The notes beneath the pieces were generated by a model that did not search any database, was not told the DNA's origin, and was given only the letters and a program-made list of their open reading frames with translations. Positions 49,386 through 59,645 of a DNA stretch of 64,000 nt are shown here, one piece after another. This stretch comes from an uncultured Christensenellaceae bacterium. GTDB lineage: Bacteria > Bacillota > Clostridia > Christensenellales > QAND01. The stretch is taken from positions 1,685,358 to 1,749,357 of the forward strand of contig OW818639.1 in the NCBI GenBank assembly GCA_942492795.1, read 5' to 3'. The position numbers and the translations under genes were made by a program. Numbering within the stretch: the first letter of the stretch is position 1; every line of letters begins with the position of its first letter.

Positions 49386-50666
49386 TTACGCAAGAGCAAG
49401 ACCGAGCAAAAAGACACCAAGATTATCGCGAAAAATCTCATCGAATTGGTTCAATGGCAACGGATTTTCCCCAATACCCGATTCGATGGTATAGCCGGGA
49501 AGGTTATACTGCAAAATGAACCAATCCTTATAGCCCGCGAAACCGGATTCATAAGGCGTATCCACCAGCGCATAGCCGCTTGCGTTTGCAAACGCCTGCC
49601 CGATCTGCTGTGCGCGCGGAGGCCGCATATCCAAATACTTCCAATAGATCTCCTGACCCTGTGTATGATAGGCGAGGACCAAGGCAAACGAATGTGACAG
49701 CGTAAAGTTATACATTGCCTGGCTTTCGGGCTCCGACAATGCATTGGAACCGACAAAATCACGGGGACCGGGCTTATTATACCCCTGCCGGTATTTGATC
49801 TCCTTTGCGTTTTCCCAGCCGGCAGGATAATTGAGATTCAAATCCACGCCGTTGATATTCGCTTTCCAGCCGTCGGGAAACGGGATCGTGGGGTAGTTGT
49901 CTGCATAGGATCGCGCCTGCTTATAAAACGGGTTGCTTACGGGGATGGCCCCGTTTACCAGATCGACGCCGTCAGGATTGACCAGCGGAATGAGAAACAG
50001 AGATGTTTTGTTGTAGAGATCCCGGGCGTCGAAATCGCCGATATTCCGCCCCGAGGCATAGGAAGAAGAATAATCCTCCAGAAACTTCAACAAAACCGGT
50101 GTGTTGATCCATTCGTTCGCATGGTGCGAGGCGTTGTAGGATATTTCTGTCTCTCCCTGTCCGATACGAACACCCCATAACGGTCTGCCCATCATACTGC
50201 GTCCTATGATAAATGTCTGCAAAAAAGGATAACGATGCTGTAATCCGTTGATAATCTGCTCTGTCAGATAACTTGTATAACGGATCCCAACGGGCACGAC
50301 GGGAAAAGCAAACGGGATAACCAGTTGCTGCCCTATCCGCAGACGGAAAGCATCTGCAGACGGATTGGCCTGCACAATCGCATACAGCGTTGTTCCGTAT
50401 TGACGGGAAAGCCGGTACAGGGTATCGCCCTTTGCTATGGTATGGATGACGTAGCCGCGAAGGTATGGCGCGAGCGCCTCTTGTGTCCTGGGGCCTACTA
50501 TGCCATCCGCCAACAGGTTGTGATCGCTTTGAAACTGCAATACGGCACTCTGCGTCCGTCCGCCAAAGATGCCGTCTATGGCGCCAGGCTGATAGCCTGC
50601 GCGTGTCAATGCAAGCTGAAGAGCCTCCACATGCGCCCCGCGGCTTCCGATACGCAAGATTTCCAT
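49386..50666 (-). CDS. Gamma-D-glutamyl-meso-diaminopimelate peptidase-like M14 zinc carboxypeptidase with N-terminal peptidoglycan-binding and LysM domains
   Basis: PG_binding_1 pattern (LQLALTRAGYQPGAIDGIFGGRTQSAVLQFQ), LysM (HTIAKGDTLYRLS), and M14 Zn motif HANEWI. RBS GGAGG. ORF track start at 50726 replaced by ATG 50666. Confidence 0.8.
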   Translation of the reverse strand: MEILRIGSRGAHVEALQLALTRAGYQPGAIDGIFGGRTQSAVLQFQSDHNLLADGIVGPRTQEALAPYLRGYVIHTIAKGDTLYRLSRQYGTTLYAIVQANPSADAFRLRIGQQLVIPFAFPVVPVGIRYTSYLTEQIINGLQHRYPFLQTFIIGRSMMGRPLWGVRIGQGETEISYNASHHANEWINTPVLLKFLEDYSSSYASGRNIGDFDARDLYNKTSLFLIPLVNPDGVDLVNGAIPVSNPFYKQARSYADNYPTIPFPDGWKANINGVDLNLNYPAGWENAKEIKYRQGYNKPGPRDFVGSNALSEPESQAMYNFTLSHSFALVLAYHTQGQEIYWKYLDMRPPRAQQIGQAFANASGYALVDTPYESGFAGYKDWFILQYNLPGYTIESGIGENPLPLNQFDEIFRDNLGVFLLGLALA

Positions 50667-50805
50667 TGTCGGTCCTCCCAATATGATTCTATTGTATCGT
50701 ATGAAGCGAAGGTTAAAAAGTATCATGCTTCCGCCGGAAATTGAATGTGGAAGTGCGATATGTTAAAATTACACTATGTTTTGATTATGACAGAGGAGGC
50801 GCAAT

Positions 50806-51783
50806 ATGGGAAAACTCAACGTATTGGTATTATGGGATAATATGACCGAACAAAGAAAGACAGTGCTCGAATCGGTTTCACCGGAGGCTGAATATACCTA
50901 TTCGGACACGAAGCAGGTGGACAGGGAAACGGTGCAAGCCGCGCAGGTCATCCTCGGGATCCCGCCGGTGGAATATGTCAGGGATTCACCGAATTTGAAG
51001 TATCTTCAATTGTCCTGGGCCGGCGCTGAGGTCTATTTACAGGAAGGTGTTTTGCGGGATGACGTTCTGCTGTGCAGCGGAACGGGCACATACGGCATGC
51101 CGATCTCGGAATACATGGTGGGAGCGGTAATCGCCATGTTCAAGAATTTCCCGATCTACCGTGACCAGCAGAAACAGGGACTCTGGCAGCGGACGCGTTT
51201 GTATACCAACAAACCGATTTATGGCGCGACAGTGATGTCTGTCGGCACAGGGGATATCGGCGGCACATTCCTAAAACATATGAAGGAGCTGGGCTGCAGA
51301 ACAATCGGTATCCGGCGCACAGCGGGTGAAAAGCCCGAATATGTTGACGAGATGTACACGACCGAGGAAATGGACGATGTGCTGCCGCGTGCGGATGTCG
51401 TGGCGCTTTCAATGCCGCAGACCCCGCAGACCATCGGCATGTTTGACAAGCGCCGTCTTGGGTTGATGAAAGAGGATTCGGTTTTGATCAACATAGGACG
51501 CGGTTCCGCCATCGTTACACAGGCTCTGTGCGATGAGCTTTCTTTGGGCCGCATACGCGGCGCGGTGCTGGATGTGACCGATCCCGAGCCATTGCCCAAG
51601 GATCACCCGCTTTGGAAATTTGACAACGTCTTGATCACGCCGCATTGCTGTGCGGGCGGTTCAACGCTGACGCAGCAAAAATCCTTTGAAGTCTGCTACG
51701 AGAACTTCAAAGCGTTTGTCGAAGGCCGTGACCCTATGTCCCGGGTGGACAGATCAACAGGGTACCGCATTTCAAGGAGATAA
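50806..51783 (+). CDS. D-isomer-specific 2-hydroxyacid dehydrogenase (NAD-binding), copy 1
   Basis: GxGxxG-type VGTGDIGG, catalytic R/E/H pattern, 325 aa. Confidence 0.85.
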   Translation: MGKLNVLVLWDNMTEQRKTVLESVSPEAEYTYSDTKQVDRETVQAAQVILGIPPVEYVRDSPNLKYLQLSWAGAEVYLQEGVLRDDVLLCSGTGTYGMPISEYMVGAVIAMFKNFPIYRDQQKQGLWQRTRLYTNKPIYGATVMSVGTGDIGGTFLKHMKELGCRTIGIRRTAGEKPEYVDEMYTTEEMDDVLPRADVVALSMPQTPQTIGMFDKRRLGLMKEDSVLINIGRGSAIVTQALCDELSLGRIRGAVLDVTDPEPLPKDHPLWKFDNVLITPHCCAGGSTLTQQKSFEVCYENFKAFVEGRDPMSRVDRSTGYRISRR

Positions 51784-51950
51784 GGCAAAATATATTTTTG
51801 GCAACAAAAAGGCGGGATAACCGCCTTTTTGCTAAAAGTGCAATTGCGGAGCGCATCATGGCGGAATATGCAGGCAACGATGTTTCGTTTGTTGAACATG
51901 CGTGTACAGTATGTTAGAATTCAAAGTATTAAGCGGCAGGAGGATTCAGA

Positions 51951-52928
51951 ATGGCCAATTTAAAAATACTGGTGCTGTGGGAGCACCTGACAGACGAACG
52001 AAAAGCGATGCTTCAATCGGTCGCACCGGAAGCCGAATACACCTTTGCAAGCCGGGACAGCGTGGATATGCAGACCGTACAAGGCGCGCATATCATACTC
52101 GGGAACCCTCCGTATGACAAGGTGACAGGATCTTTGAACCTAAAGTATTTGCAGCTAAACTCCGCGGGAGCCGAACGGTATCTCAACGAAGGCATTTTGC
52201 GGCCCGAAGTCCTGCTGTGCAGCGGAACGGGCACATACGGCATTCCTATCTCCGAATACATGGTCGGCGCCGTGTTCGCAATGTTCAAGAACTTCATGCT
52301 GTACCGCGATCAGCAAAAACAGGCAACATGGCAGCGGATCCGCAACTATACCAATAAGCCGGTATACGGTTCCACGGCGATGGTCGTGGGTGCAGGAGAC
52401 ATCGGCAGCAACTTTTTGATGCGCATGAAGGCTCTGGGGTGCAGGACCATCGGCATTCGACGTACAGCGGGGGAGAAGCCAGAGTATGTCGATGAGCAGT
52501 ATACGACAGATGAAATGGACGACGTCCTGCCGCGCGCGGACATCGTGGCGCTGGCATTGCCGCACACACCGGAGACCGCAGGCCTATTCGATGCACGCAG
52601 GCTATCGCTTTTAAAAGATGATGCCGTATTGATAAACGTAGGCCGTGGCACGGCCATCGTGACACAGGCGCTGTGCGATGAGCTATCAAAGGGCCGCATC
52701 CGCGGAGCGGTGCTGGATGTTGTGAATCCCGAACCTCTGCCCGCCGACCACCCGTTGTGGAAATTTGACAACGTATTCATCACGCCGCATGCGTGCGCCA
52801 CCAATTCGGAATTGACACAACAGAAATCGTTTGAAGTGTGCTACGAGAACTTCAAAGCTTATATTGAAGGACGGGAGCCGATGTCCCTCATTGACAGGGC
52901 GACCGGGTACCGCGTTTCAAGGAAATAA
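51951..52928 (+). CDS. D-isomer-specific 2-hydroxyacid dehydrogenase (NAD-binding), copy 2 (tandem paralog)
   Basis: Identical length. Long blocks are identical or nearly so to copy 1 (LLCSGTGTYGxPISEYMVGAV, GCRTIGIRRTAGEKPEYVDE, KSFEVCYENFKA). Confidence 0.85.
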   Translation: MANLKILVLWEHLTDERKAMLQSVAPEAEYTFASRDSVDMQTVQGAHIILGNPPYDKVTGSLNLKYLQLNSAGAERYLNEGILRPEVLLCSGTGTYGIPISEYMVGAVFAMFKNFMLYRDQQKQATWQRIRNYTNKPVYGSTAMVVGAGDIGSNFLMRMKALGCRTIGIRRTAGEKPEYVDEQYTTDEMDDVLPRADIVALALPHTPETAGLFDARRLSLLKDDAVLINVGRGTAIVTQALCDELSKGRIRGAVLDVVNPEPLPADHPLWKFDNVFITPHACATNSELTQQKSFEVCYENFKAYIEGREPMSLIDRATGYRVSRK

Positions 52929-53057
52929 ACGCACGTTGACACAAGACAAAAAAAGACGGAAATTCCGTCTTTTTTTATGTTCGGATTGGTCGCAGCACCG
53001 ATCCGGCTCCCATTTGATTTTATTGTTCTGACATTCGATCAGAACGGATGCAAGCTG

Positions 53058-54320
53058 CTAATTGTTTCTGTTGCTGCTGTCTGTCAGGGTCAGCTGCAGA
53101 GTGATTTGCTTCTTGTCACGCTCGATGACCATCTTTATGACCTGACCCACACGGGAGCCGTCGATGAAGGCATCGATATCCGAAATGCTTGTGATTGTCT
53201 TTGTGTCGATGGATACAATGCGATCCCCGATCGCCAGGCCGGCCTTTTCCGCGGCGGAATTGCTGTATACCTGCACGACGTAAACACCGGGTGTATCCCC
53301 CATTCGGGTTGAGGTTATTTCCTGCATGGAGATGCCGATATAAGGCCTGTCCTTTACGTATCCATAGGTGAGAAGCTGTTCGATCACCGAAGTTATCTTG
53401 TTGAGCGGAATGGCGAATCCCAACCCCTCAACGCTTGTACCGCTGGATTTCGCGTTGACAATGCCGATCAGCTGCCCTTGGCTGTTTAGAAGCGCCCCGC
53501 CGGAATTGCCGGGGTTGATGGCGGCATCGGTCTGCAATACCGTCATGGAATAGTTGCCGATGACGATGCTGCGATCCACAGCGCTGATTACGCCAACGGT
53601 TACCGAACCGTTGAGTTCGCCTAGCGGATTCCCGATTGCGATGACGTTGTCGCCAAGCCGAAGCTGGCTGGAATCGCCGAGCGAAACAGGCGAGAGATTC
53701 GTTGCGCTTATTTTCAACACGGCAATATCGGATTTTTCATCAGAGCCGACCACCTGTGCTTCATACTCCTGTCCATTTTTCAGGTAAACTTTAATGCTCT
53801 TGGAACCCTCAATCACATGCGCGCAGGTGACGATGATGCCGTCCGCGCGGATGATAACGCCAGAACCGGCGCTCGTAGCGGTAGAACCGTAAAAATTGGT
53901 GCCCTGTCCTTGTGCGGTGATGGCAACAACGCCCTCGGAGGATTGTTCGATCACATCCGAAAAGCTGCTTGCCTGATAGGATGCGCTGGTGCCGCTGACG
54001 ATAGGTTTCAGCGATATGGAATTGACGACACGGGTTACCGCTTGATTGATAAGTACTTCCAAATTGCCGCGCATCAGAAAGTATGTGGCAGTGCTGCCGG
54101 CAATCCCGCCAAATAAAGCCAAACACAACATCGCTGCGATCATGCGAAAACGATGTCTTTTAGGCTGTTTCCTGCGTGGCTCCTTTTCGTAAGCCATAAC
54201 GGGGGGCGTTGGCTCATGCTCATCGTGCGGTTCCGGATCCTTTAATTTAAAGCGTTCCCATCCGAAAGGGTCGTTTGTATCCCGTTCTCTTCCCTCATCG
54301 TGGACGCGGTATTCACTCAT
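53058..54320 (-). CDS. HtrA/DegP-family trypsin-like serine protease with a PDZ domain and N-terminal membrane anchor
   Basis: Catalytic triad contexts CAHV, GDSS-like, and GNSGGAL. A C-terminal PDZ domain. An N-terminal cytoplasmic tail plus TM helix. Confidence 0.85.
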   Translation of the reverse strand: MSEYRVHDEGRERDTNDPFGWERFKLKDPEPHDEHEPTPPVMAYEKEPRRKQPKRHRFRMIAAMLCLALFGGIAGSTATYFLMRGNLEVLINQAVTRVVNSISLKPIVSGTSASYQASSFSDVIEQSSEGVVAITAQGQGTNFYGSTATSAGSGVIIRADGIIVTCAHVIEGSKSIKVYLKNGQEYEAQVVGSDEKSDIAVLKISATNLSPVSLGDSSQLRLGDNVIAIGNPLGELNGSVTVGVISAVDRSIVIGNYSMTVLQTDAAINPGNSGGALLNSQGQLIGIVNAKSSGTSVEGLGFAIPLNKITSVIEQLLTYGYVKDRPYIGISMQEITSTRMGDTPGVYVVQVYSNSAAEKAGLAIGDRIVSIDTKTITSISDIDAFIDGSRVGQVIKMVIERDKKQITLQLTLTDSSNRNN

Positions 54321-54486
54321 GTTGATCCTCCTATCCCGGAATGAAAATCCCTTTTAACCATTATATACCGAATAATTGTGTCATGGGTAGGGTAGGCTTG
54401 CGTCAAATATTTATGCGAAGTGGTAATTCTTAAAAAGAATAGAAACAAGCAATGTGGAAAACCTATCCATCCGAGGAGGAAACACC

Positions 54487-55197
54487 ATGTTGATGATCTT
54501 TTTGCGTGCGCTGTTGCTGTATATGATTGTGGTCTTGTTTATGCGGCTGATGGGAAAGCGTCAAATAGGGCAGCTGGAGCCGTTTGAGCTTGTTATCACG
54601 CTGATGGTTGCCGATCTGGTGGCTGTGCCGATGCAGGATATCGGTGTTCCCATCGTCGAAGGGATCATACCGATGCTGGCGTTGTTTGCCATTCATAATG
54701 TCATATCGTTGCTCTCGGTACGAATTCAACCGCTTCGCGTTTTGTTTTGCGGGAAGCCGAACATTCTGATCGATCACGGGATCATCAATGAAAAGGAACT
54801 GAAAAAAATGAACATCAGCGTTCAGGAATTGATGGAGGGACTGCGGGTAAAAGGTGTTCCCGATGTATCGGATGTGTACCGGGCTATGCTGGAAACGAAT
54901 GGCGATATGAGCGTGATTGTTAAAAAAGAAGCCCAGCCCGTTATTGCACGTGAAGAAGGAGCGAAAGTTGGCATGGACAGCCTGCCGATGACGCTGATTA
55001 CCGATGGCAAGCTGGATCCCGGCAACCTGCGTGTCTTGAGCATTACGGAGCAATCATTGACAACCGCGCTTCGCGGAATGGGCATTGAGGACCTCAAGCA
55101 GATATTTGTTGCGATGTCGGATGAATCGGGGACATTATGGGTGCAGCAGCGCAACGTGCAGCAAATGCAAAAAGGAAAGGTCAATGTGAGCAGATGA
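54487..55197 (+). CDS. DUF421 (YetF-like) membrane protein, second copy
   Basis: Same architecture as the gene at 13299 (ELVITLMVADL...LIDHGIINEKELKKMNISVQELMEGLRVKGV). RBS GAGGAGG. Confidence 0.75.
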   Translation: MLMIFLRALLLYMIVVLFMRLMGKRQIGQLEPFELVITLMVADLVAVPMQDIGVPIVEGIIPMLALFAIHNVISLLSVRIQPLRVLFCGKPNILIDHGIINEKELKKMNISVQELMEGLRVKGVPDVSDVYRAMLETNGDMSVIVKKEAQPVIAREEGAKVGMDSLPMTLITDGKLDPGNLRVLSITEQSLTTALRGMGIEDLKQIFVAMSDESGTLWVQQRNVQQMQKGKVNVSR

Positions 55198-55577
55198 AAC
55201 GTTTGTTGCCGACGTTGTTGCTCGTGGCAGTGTTCGTGGCGGCTTCGCTTGTTTGGGAAGGCCATGTTCGCAACCATGCGGAATCTCTTGTCAAAACGGT
55301 GGAGGAAGCGATGGAGGCAGTTGAAGTCGAGCAGAATTTTTTACGATGCAGGGAACTTTTGGACGATTTCTCCAAACAATGGGAGCATGTGCACGATTCG
55401 TGGGAAACGCTCATCGCACACAAGCGGTTGACCGACATCGATTCCTCGCTTGTGCAGGCACAATATGCGGCACAAAACAGCGACGCTGAGCAGACACTTT
55501 CGCATCTTGCCGTCCTGCGTCTTGAACTGGTTCATCTTGGCGCCTATTATTCGCTTTCCTGGTCGAATTTGCTGTAA
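55194..55577 (+). CDS. DUF4363-like small protein (signal peptide / membrane anchor), DUF421-associated
   Basis: Translationally coupled (ATGA) to the DUF421 gene. N-terminal hydrophobic helix, then a helical domain. Confidence 0.5.
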   Translation: MKRLLPTLLLVAVFVAASLVWEGHVRNHAESLVKTVEEAMEAVEVEQNFLRCRELLDDFSKQWEHVHDSWETLIAHKRLTDIDSSLVQAQYAAQNSDAEQTLSHLAVLRLELVHLGAYYSLSWSNLL

Positions 55578-55668
55578 AAGGGATAGGAAACGCTCGCGAA
55601 ATCGACTATAATGATTCCATATTGTAAGACTTCTGTATGAAGTCGCTATTCATAGGAGGGTGTGTTTT

Positions 55669-56802
55669 TTGGTTGAAATCCGGGAAGTAAAAACAGCGAA
55701 ACAGCTGTCCGATTTCTGTAAGTTCCCGATAAAATTATACCGTGATTGTCCAAATTTTGTCCCCGATTTGATCTCGGATGAAAAGAACATGTTTCGTAAG
55801 AACAAAAACCCGGCTTTTGAGTTTTGTGATGCGAAATGTTTTTTGGCATATAAAGACGGGCGTTTGGTTGGCCGCATTGCTGGCATCATCAGCCATGCCG
55901 CCAACAACAAATGGGGCACCAAACGCGTGCGTTTTTCCCGTATTGATTTTGAAGAGGATATCGAGATAGCAAAAGCGCTCATTCGCGCAGTGGAAGACTG
56001 GGGAACCGGCATGGGGATGGAAGAGATCCAAGGCCCTATCGGATTCTGTGATTTGGATCAGGAGGGCATGCTGATAAAGGGTTTTGAATATCCCAGCATG
56101 TTCATCACTATATACAACCATGCCTATTATCCCGAATACCTCGAAAAACTTGGTTTCTGCAAAGATGTTGACTGGGTTGAATACCGCATCCATACCCCGG
56201 GGAAACCCAACGAACGCATAGAACGGCTGAGCCGGGCAGTGCTTGAACGGTACAACCTGACATTGATCACCCCAAAGAGCAAAAGAGAAATCGCACCGCT
56301 GGTCCGACCTGTTTTGGATGTCATCAACCGCACTTATGATGTATTATATGGCACGGTGAAGCTTTCGGATGCGCTGCTTGAAAAGTATTACGAACAATTT
56401 AAGCTTTTAATGAATCCCAAATACATTCGCGTCATCAAGGATAAAACCGGAGCTTTGATCGGATTTGGACTTGCAATGCCGTCGCTGAGCGAAGCGATCA
56501 GAAAGTCCAAGGGCAGACTGTTTCCGTTTGGCTGGTACCGCATTCTGCGCACACCGTATAAAAAGGCCGAGGTGGTGGACCTGTACCTTGTAGGGGTTAT
56601 TCCGGAAATGCAGAACATGGGCCTTCCCGCCGTTTTGTTGGATTCGATAACGCGCACCGCCATTGAAAACGGGGTCCAATATGCCGAAACCGGGCCGGAA
56701 CTGGAATTGAACACCAAAGTGCAGGCTATGTGGCAGGCTTATCCGACAACGCAGCACAAGCGCAGGCGTTGTTTCATCAAACCAATTGAGAAGTCGTCGT
56801 GA
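55669..56802 (+). CDS. Hypothetical protein, possibly an acyl-CoA N-acyltransferase-fold enzyme
   Basis: 377 aa. A TTG start is used with RBS AGGAGGG at 8 nt. The ORF track begins at a GTG at 55660, which sits too close to the RBS. No firm family recognised. Confidence 0.4.
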   Translation: MVEIREVKTAKQLSDFCKFPIKLYRDCPNFVPDLISDEKNMFRKNKNPAFEFCDAKCFLAYKDGRLVGRIAGIISHAANNKWGTKRVRFSRIDFEEDIEIAKALIRAVEDWGTGMGMEEIQGPIGFCDLDQEGMLIKGFEYPSMFITIYNHAYYPEYLEKLGFCKDVDWVEYRIHTPGKPNERIERLSRAVLERYNLTLITPKSKREIAPLVRPVLDVINRTYDVLYGTVKLSDALLEKYYEQFKLLMNPKYIRVIKDKTGALIGFGLAMPSLSEAIRKSKGRLFPFGWYRILRTPYKKAEVVDLYLVGVIPEMQNMGLPAVLLDSITRTAIENGVQYAETGPELELNTKVQAMWQAYPTTQHKRRRCFIKPIEKSS

Positions 56803-56829
56803 TCCGTGTTTCTTGATAGACGATATTAA

Positions 56830-56853
56830 AAAAAGCCCCGAGGGGCTTTTTTT
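56830..56853. terminator. Bidirectional terminator (AAAAAGCCCCGAGGGGCTTTTTTT)
   Basis: GC stem AGCCCC / GGGGCT flanked by an A-run and a T-run. Confidence 0.75.
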
Positions 56854-56863
56854 GATGGAAAGG

Positions 56864-58051
56864 TCATTTTCCTCTTCTGCGCTGTGAGCGAGGTGCGAAA
56901 GAAGGTGCATGCGTCAACCTCGGTTCGTTTAAAACGGTATTTTCGCTAGGCTTCGGTGCTCTTGCTTGATCCGGAGAACTCGTGGGCGCTGCCGTTGGTC
57001 TTGTTTGAACCTGTTCCGCTTTTTTATCCGGCAGAGCAGAACCGTCAATCCGGCGGAACACCTGTGTTGCATCCATCGATTCACTGGTTTGAGCAATCGA
57101 TTCGGCTTGTTGCACCACGGCTACCTGGACCGGCGGAATTTTCCGTTGGGGAATTGCGATTGGCTCTTCATCCTTGTAAGCTTCTGTCTGGCTTCCGCGA
57201 CGCCGCTCCTTGACAGGCTGGGGCTGGTCATCATCAAACAAATCGGATTCGGCGTCGTCCGCCATTTGTTTGCTCTTTCCAAACAGACCGCGTTTGCTTT
57301 TACGGCCGATGGAAACGTCTTCCTCCAAATCCTCGTCGAGGATCAATAGGTCGCTTAACGGCTCGTCTATATGCTCAAGCTGAGGGAATTCATCCCGTTT
57401 TCGCTTAAAATTCACCTGCAAAACGCAGCCAAGCACCCCGATGATAAATGCAGCAAGCAGCAGGAACATCTTGACGGTCGGGGAGATCATTGCGTTTAGG
57501 CCGAATATCTTGGTCAAAAAATTACCGGCAAGAGCCGGATCTGTAGAACCAAACCCGCCCGCCGTGAACCACATCAGCACAAGCGTCAGGGTGAGCACGG
57601 CTGCATAACTCCCGCTGAATGCCGTGGTCAGCCATTTTGCCCCTTCATGCCAGATCAGACAAAGTATGAATGTAATGGCTATCAAAGCAACGCTGATACT
57701 GGTGTAGAGCAGAGGGTCGATGGCTCCTTTTAGCAAAATATCGACGGTATCCACCACGCCGACTCCGTAAAAATAACCCATGCATATACCGCCGAGGCCA
57801 GCGCCGACGATTGGCACAAATCCACCAAGAAGCCCAAGGAACAACCCGAATACGGGTGTGCCGATCATGACCGGGAGCGAGGTGTATGAAAAGCCAAATT
57901 GTGAGGCGGCGAACAGCATACCAACCATCCCCAGGCCGAAGCCGAAAAAGGCCCCGCTTAGGCGGAATGCCCGATGGCCAAAAAACGTCATCCACACACC
58001 GAGAATAAAAACACCCGACAAAAGGGTAAGCAATATGATGGTTTGCAGCAT
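56864..58051 (-). CDS. Hypothetical polytopic membrane protein with a disordered acidic/Pro-rich C-terminal tail
   Basis: About 8 TM helices over 250 aa, then a low-complexity tail (DEDLEEDV...PQPVKERRR...APTSSPDQARAPKPSE). Confidence 0.5.
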   Translation of the reverse strand: MLQTIILLTLLSGVFILGVWMTFFGHRAFRLSGAFFGFGLGMVGMLFAASQFGFSYTSLPVMIGTPVFGLFLGLLGGFVPIVGAGLGGICMGYFYGVGVVDTVDILLKGAIDPLLYTSISVALIAITFILCLIWHEGAKWLTTAFSGSYAAVLTLTLVLMWFTAGGFGSTDPALAGNFLTKIFGLNAMISPTVKMFLLLAAFIIGVLGCVLQVNFKRKRDEFPQLEHIDEPLSDLLILDEDLEEDVSIGRKSKRGLFGKSKQMADDAESDLFDDDQPQPVKERRRGSQTEAYKDEEPIAIPQRKIPPVQVAVVQQAESIAQTSESMDATQVFRRIDGSALPDKKAEQVQTRPTAAPTSSPDQARAPKPSENTVLNEPRLTHAPSFAPRSQRRRGK

Positions 58052-58253
58052 AATAACCTCTCCTTACATGGCAATAAATCAAGTGGACCCATTGCAGACA
58101 TTGTTGCATATTCAAGCAAGGAAATCAAGACAAACGGGCTTTTTCAACAACGTAAGCCCCGGTGATGTCGGATTGTCCGGCATAAGTTCATTCTTTCACA
58201 TTGCTTTACGGACATGGAGAAATACTTTATAATGAAAACAAAATGCAGTTGAA

Positions 58254-59645
58254 TTGGAAACGAGAGGTGCTTTTTTGCGAGCTCTGCGATTTGGTATGGG
58301 AGGCGTTGCACCGTTACGCCGCCAGCATGAAGGTAAGGCGCTAACGCAGGATAAACCCATCGTTACGCTTGCTCTAAAAGGGAACGTCAGTATTCCGCTG
58401 ATGCAGAACATCGGTTCGCCGTGCCGGGCAATTGTCAAAGCCGGCCAGCGAGTCTGCGTCGGTGAGAAAATAGCGGAGCCAACCGGTTATGTCGGTGCGC
58501 CGGTCCACGCCAGCGTATCGGGAAAAGTGTTGGCTGTTCGGGATATGCTGCATGTCACCGGCTTAAGGCTGCCGCATATTGAAATCGAAAACGACAACCT
58601 TTATGAGATAAAAAGTGATCTTAGGGCTTATTCCTTCGCGGACGCGATGGAATTGCCGCCCGGCGAATTGCAAAAAATAGTGCAGGAAGCCGGCGTTGTC
58701 GGTGCCGGCGGCGCAACATTTCCGACCCACGTTAAACTGAATGTCCCAGCAGATAAAAAAATCGATACGCTGTTGATAAACGGCGCGGAATGCGAACCGT
58801 TTATTACCGCTGATTATCGGCTGATGCTTGAATACGGTTCCCAGATAGTAGACGGAGCCGCCATCGCGATGCACATCCTCGGCGTTGAAAAGGGAATCAT
58901 CGGCATAGAGGACAACAAGCCGATGGCGATCGAAGCGATGAAGAAAGCGGCTCAAACACATCCCGGGATATCCGTCGCGGTGCTCATGACCAAATACCCG
59001 CAAGGATCGGAAAAACACTTAATCGAAGCCATCCTTCACCGAAGGGTTCCATCGGGCATGCTGCCAATGGATGTGGGTTGCGTCGTGTGCAATGTCGGTA
59101 CATGCGCTGCAATAAGCGATGCCGTGCTGTTGGGAATGCCGATGATCAGTCGCGTTACAACGGTCAGCGGCAGTGTTCTGAATCCGCAAAATCTGCGTAT
59201 ACGCATCGGTTGTTCTTTCGCCGAGGCTATCGAAGCATGTGGCGGATACGTCGGTGAACCCACAAAGCTGATATCAGGCGGGCCGATGATGGGCGTGACG
59301 CAGAGTGAAGACAGCGTCTGCGTGGTAAAGGGAACATCGGGTATACTTGTTTTAAACGCCAAATCTACAGCCTATCCCAAGGAATTGAACTGCATACGGT
59401 GCGCAAAATGCGTTTACGTTTGTCCGGTAGGGTTGGTGCCTACATCCATTGATCTGTGGTCACGAAACAAAGACTGGGAACGTGCTGAGGACTATCTTGC
59501 AGCCAATTGTATCGAGTGCGGTTGCTGTGCTTATATCTGCCCGAGCAAGAGGCATCTTGTGCAGAGCATACGCCTTGCCAAAGGGGAGATAACCAAGCGG
59601 CAAAGAGAGCGCGCCTCAAAAGCACAGGGAGGGACCAAACCATGA
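58254..59645 (+). CDS. rnfC: Rnf electron-transport complex subunit C
   Basis: Two C-terminal 4Fe-4S motifs, CIRCAKCVYVCP and CIECGCCAYICP. NADH-binding fold region GAGGATFPT. An alternative TTG start at 58275 is possible. Confidence 0.85.
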   Translation: METRGAFLRALRFGMGGVAPLRRQHEGKALTQDKPIVTLALKGNVSIPLMQNIGSPCRAIVKAGQRVCVGEKIAEPTGYVGAPVHASVSGKVLAVRDMLHVTGLRLPHIEIENDNLYEIKSDLRAYSFADAMELPPGELQKIVQEAGVVGAGGATFPTHVKLNVPADKKIDTLLINGAECEPFITADYRLMLEYGSQIVDGAAIAMHILGVEKGIIGIEDNKPMAIEAMKKAAQTHPGISVAVLMTKYPQGSEKHLIEAILHRRVPSGMLPMDVGCVVCNVGTCAAISDAVLLGMPMISRVTTVSGSVLNPQNLRIRIGCSFAEAIEACGGYVGEPTKLISGGPMMGVTQSEDSVCVVKGTSGILVLNAKSTAYPKELNCIRCAKCVYVCPVGLVPTSIDLWSRNKDWERAEDYLAANCIECGCCAYICPSKRHLVQSIRLAKGEITKRQRERASKAQGGTKP

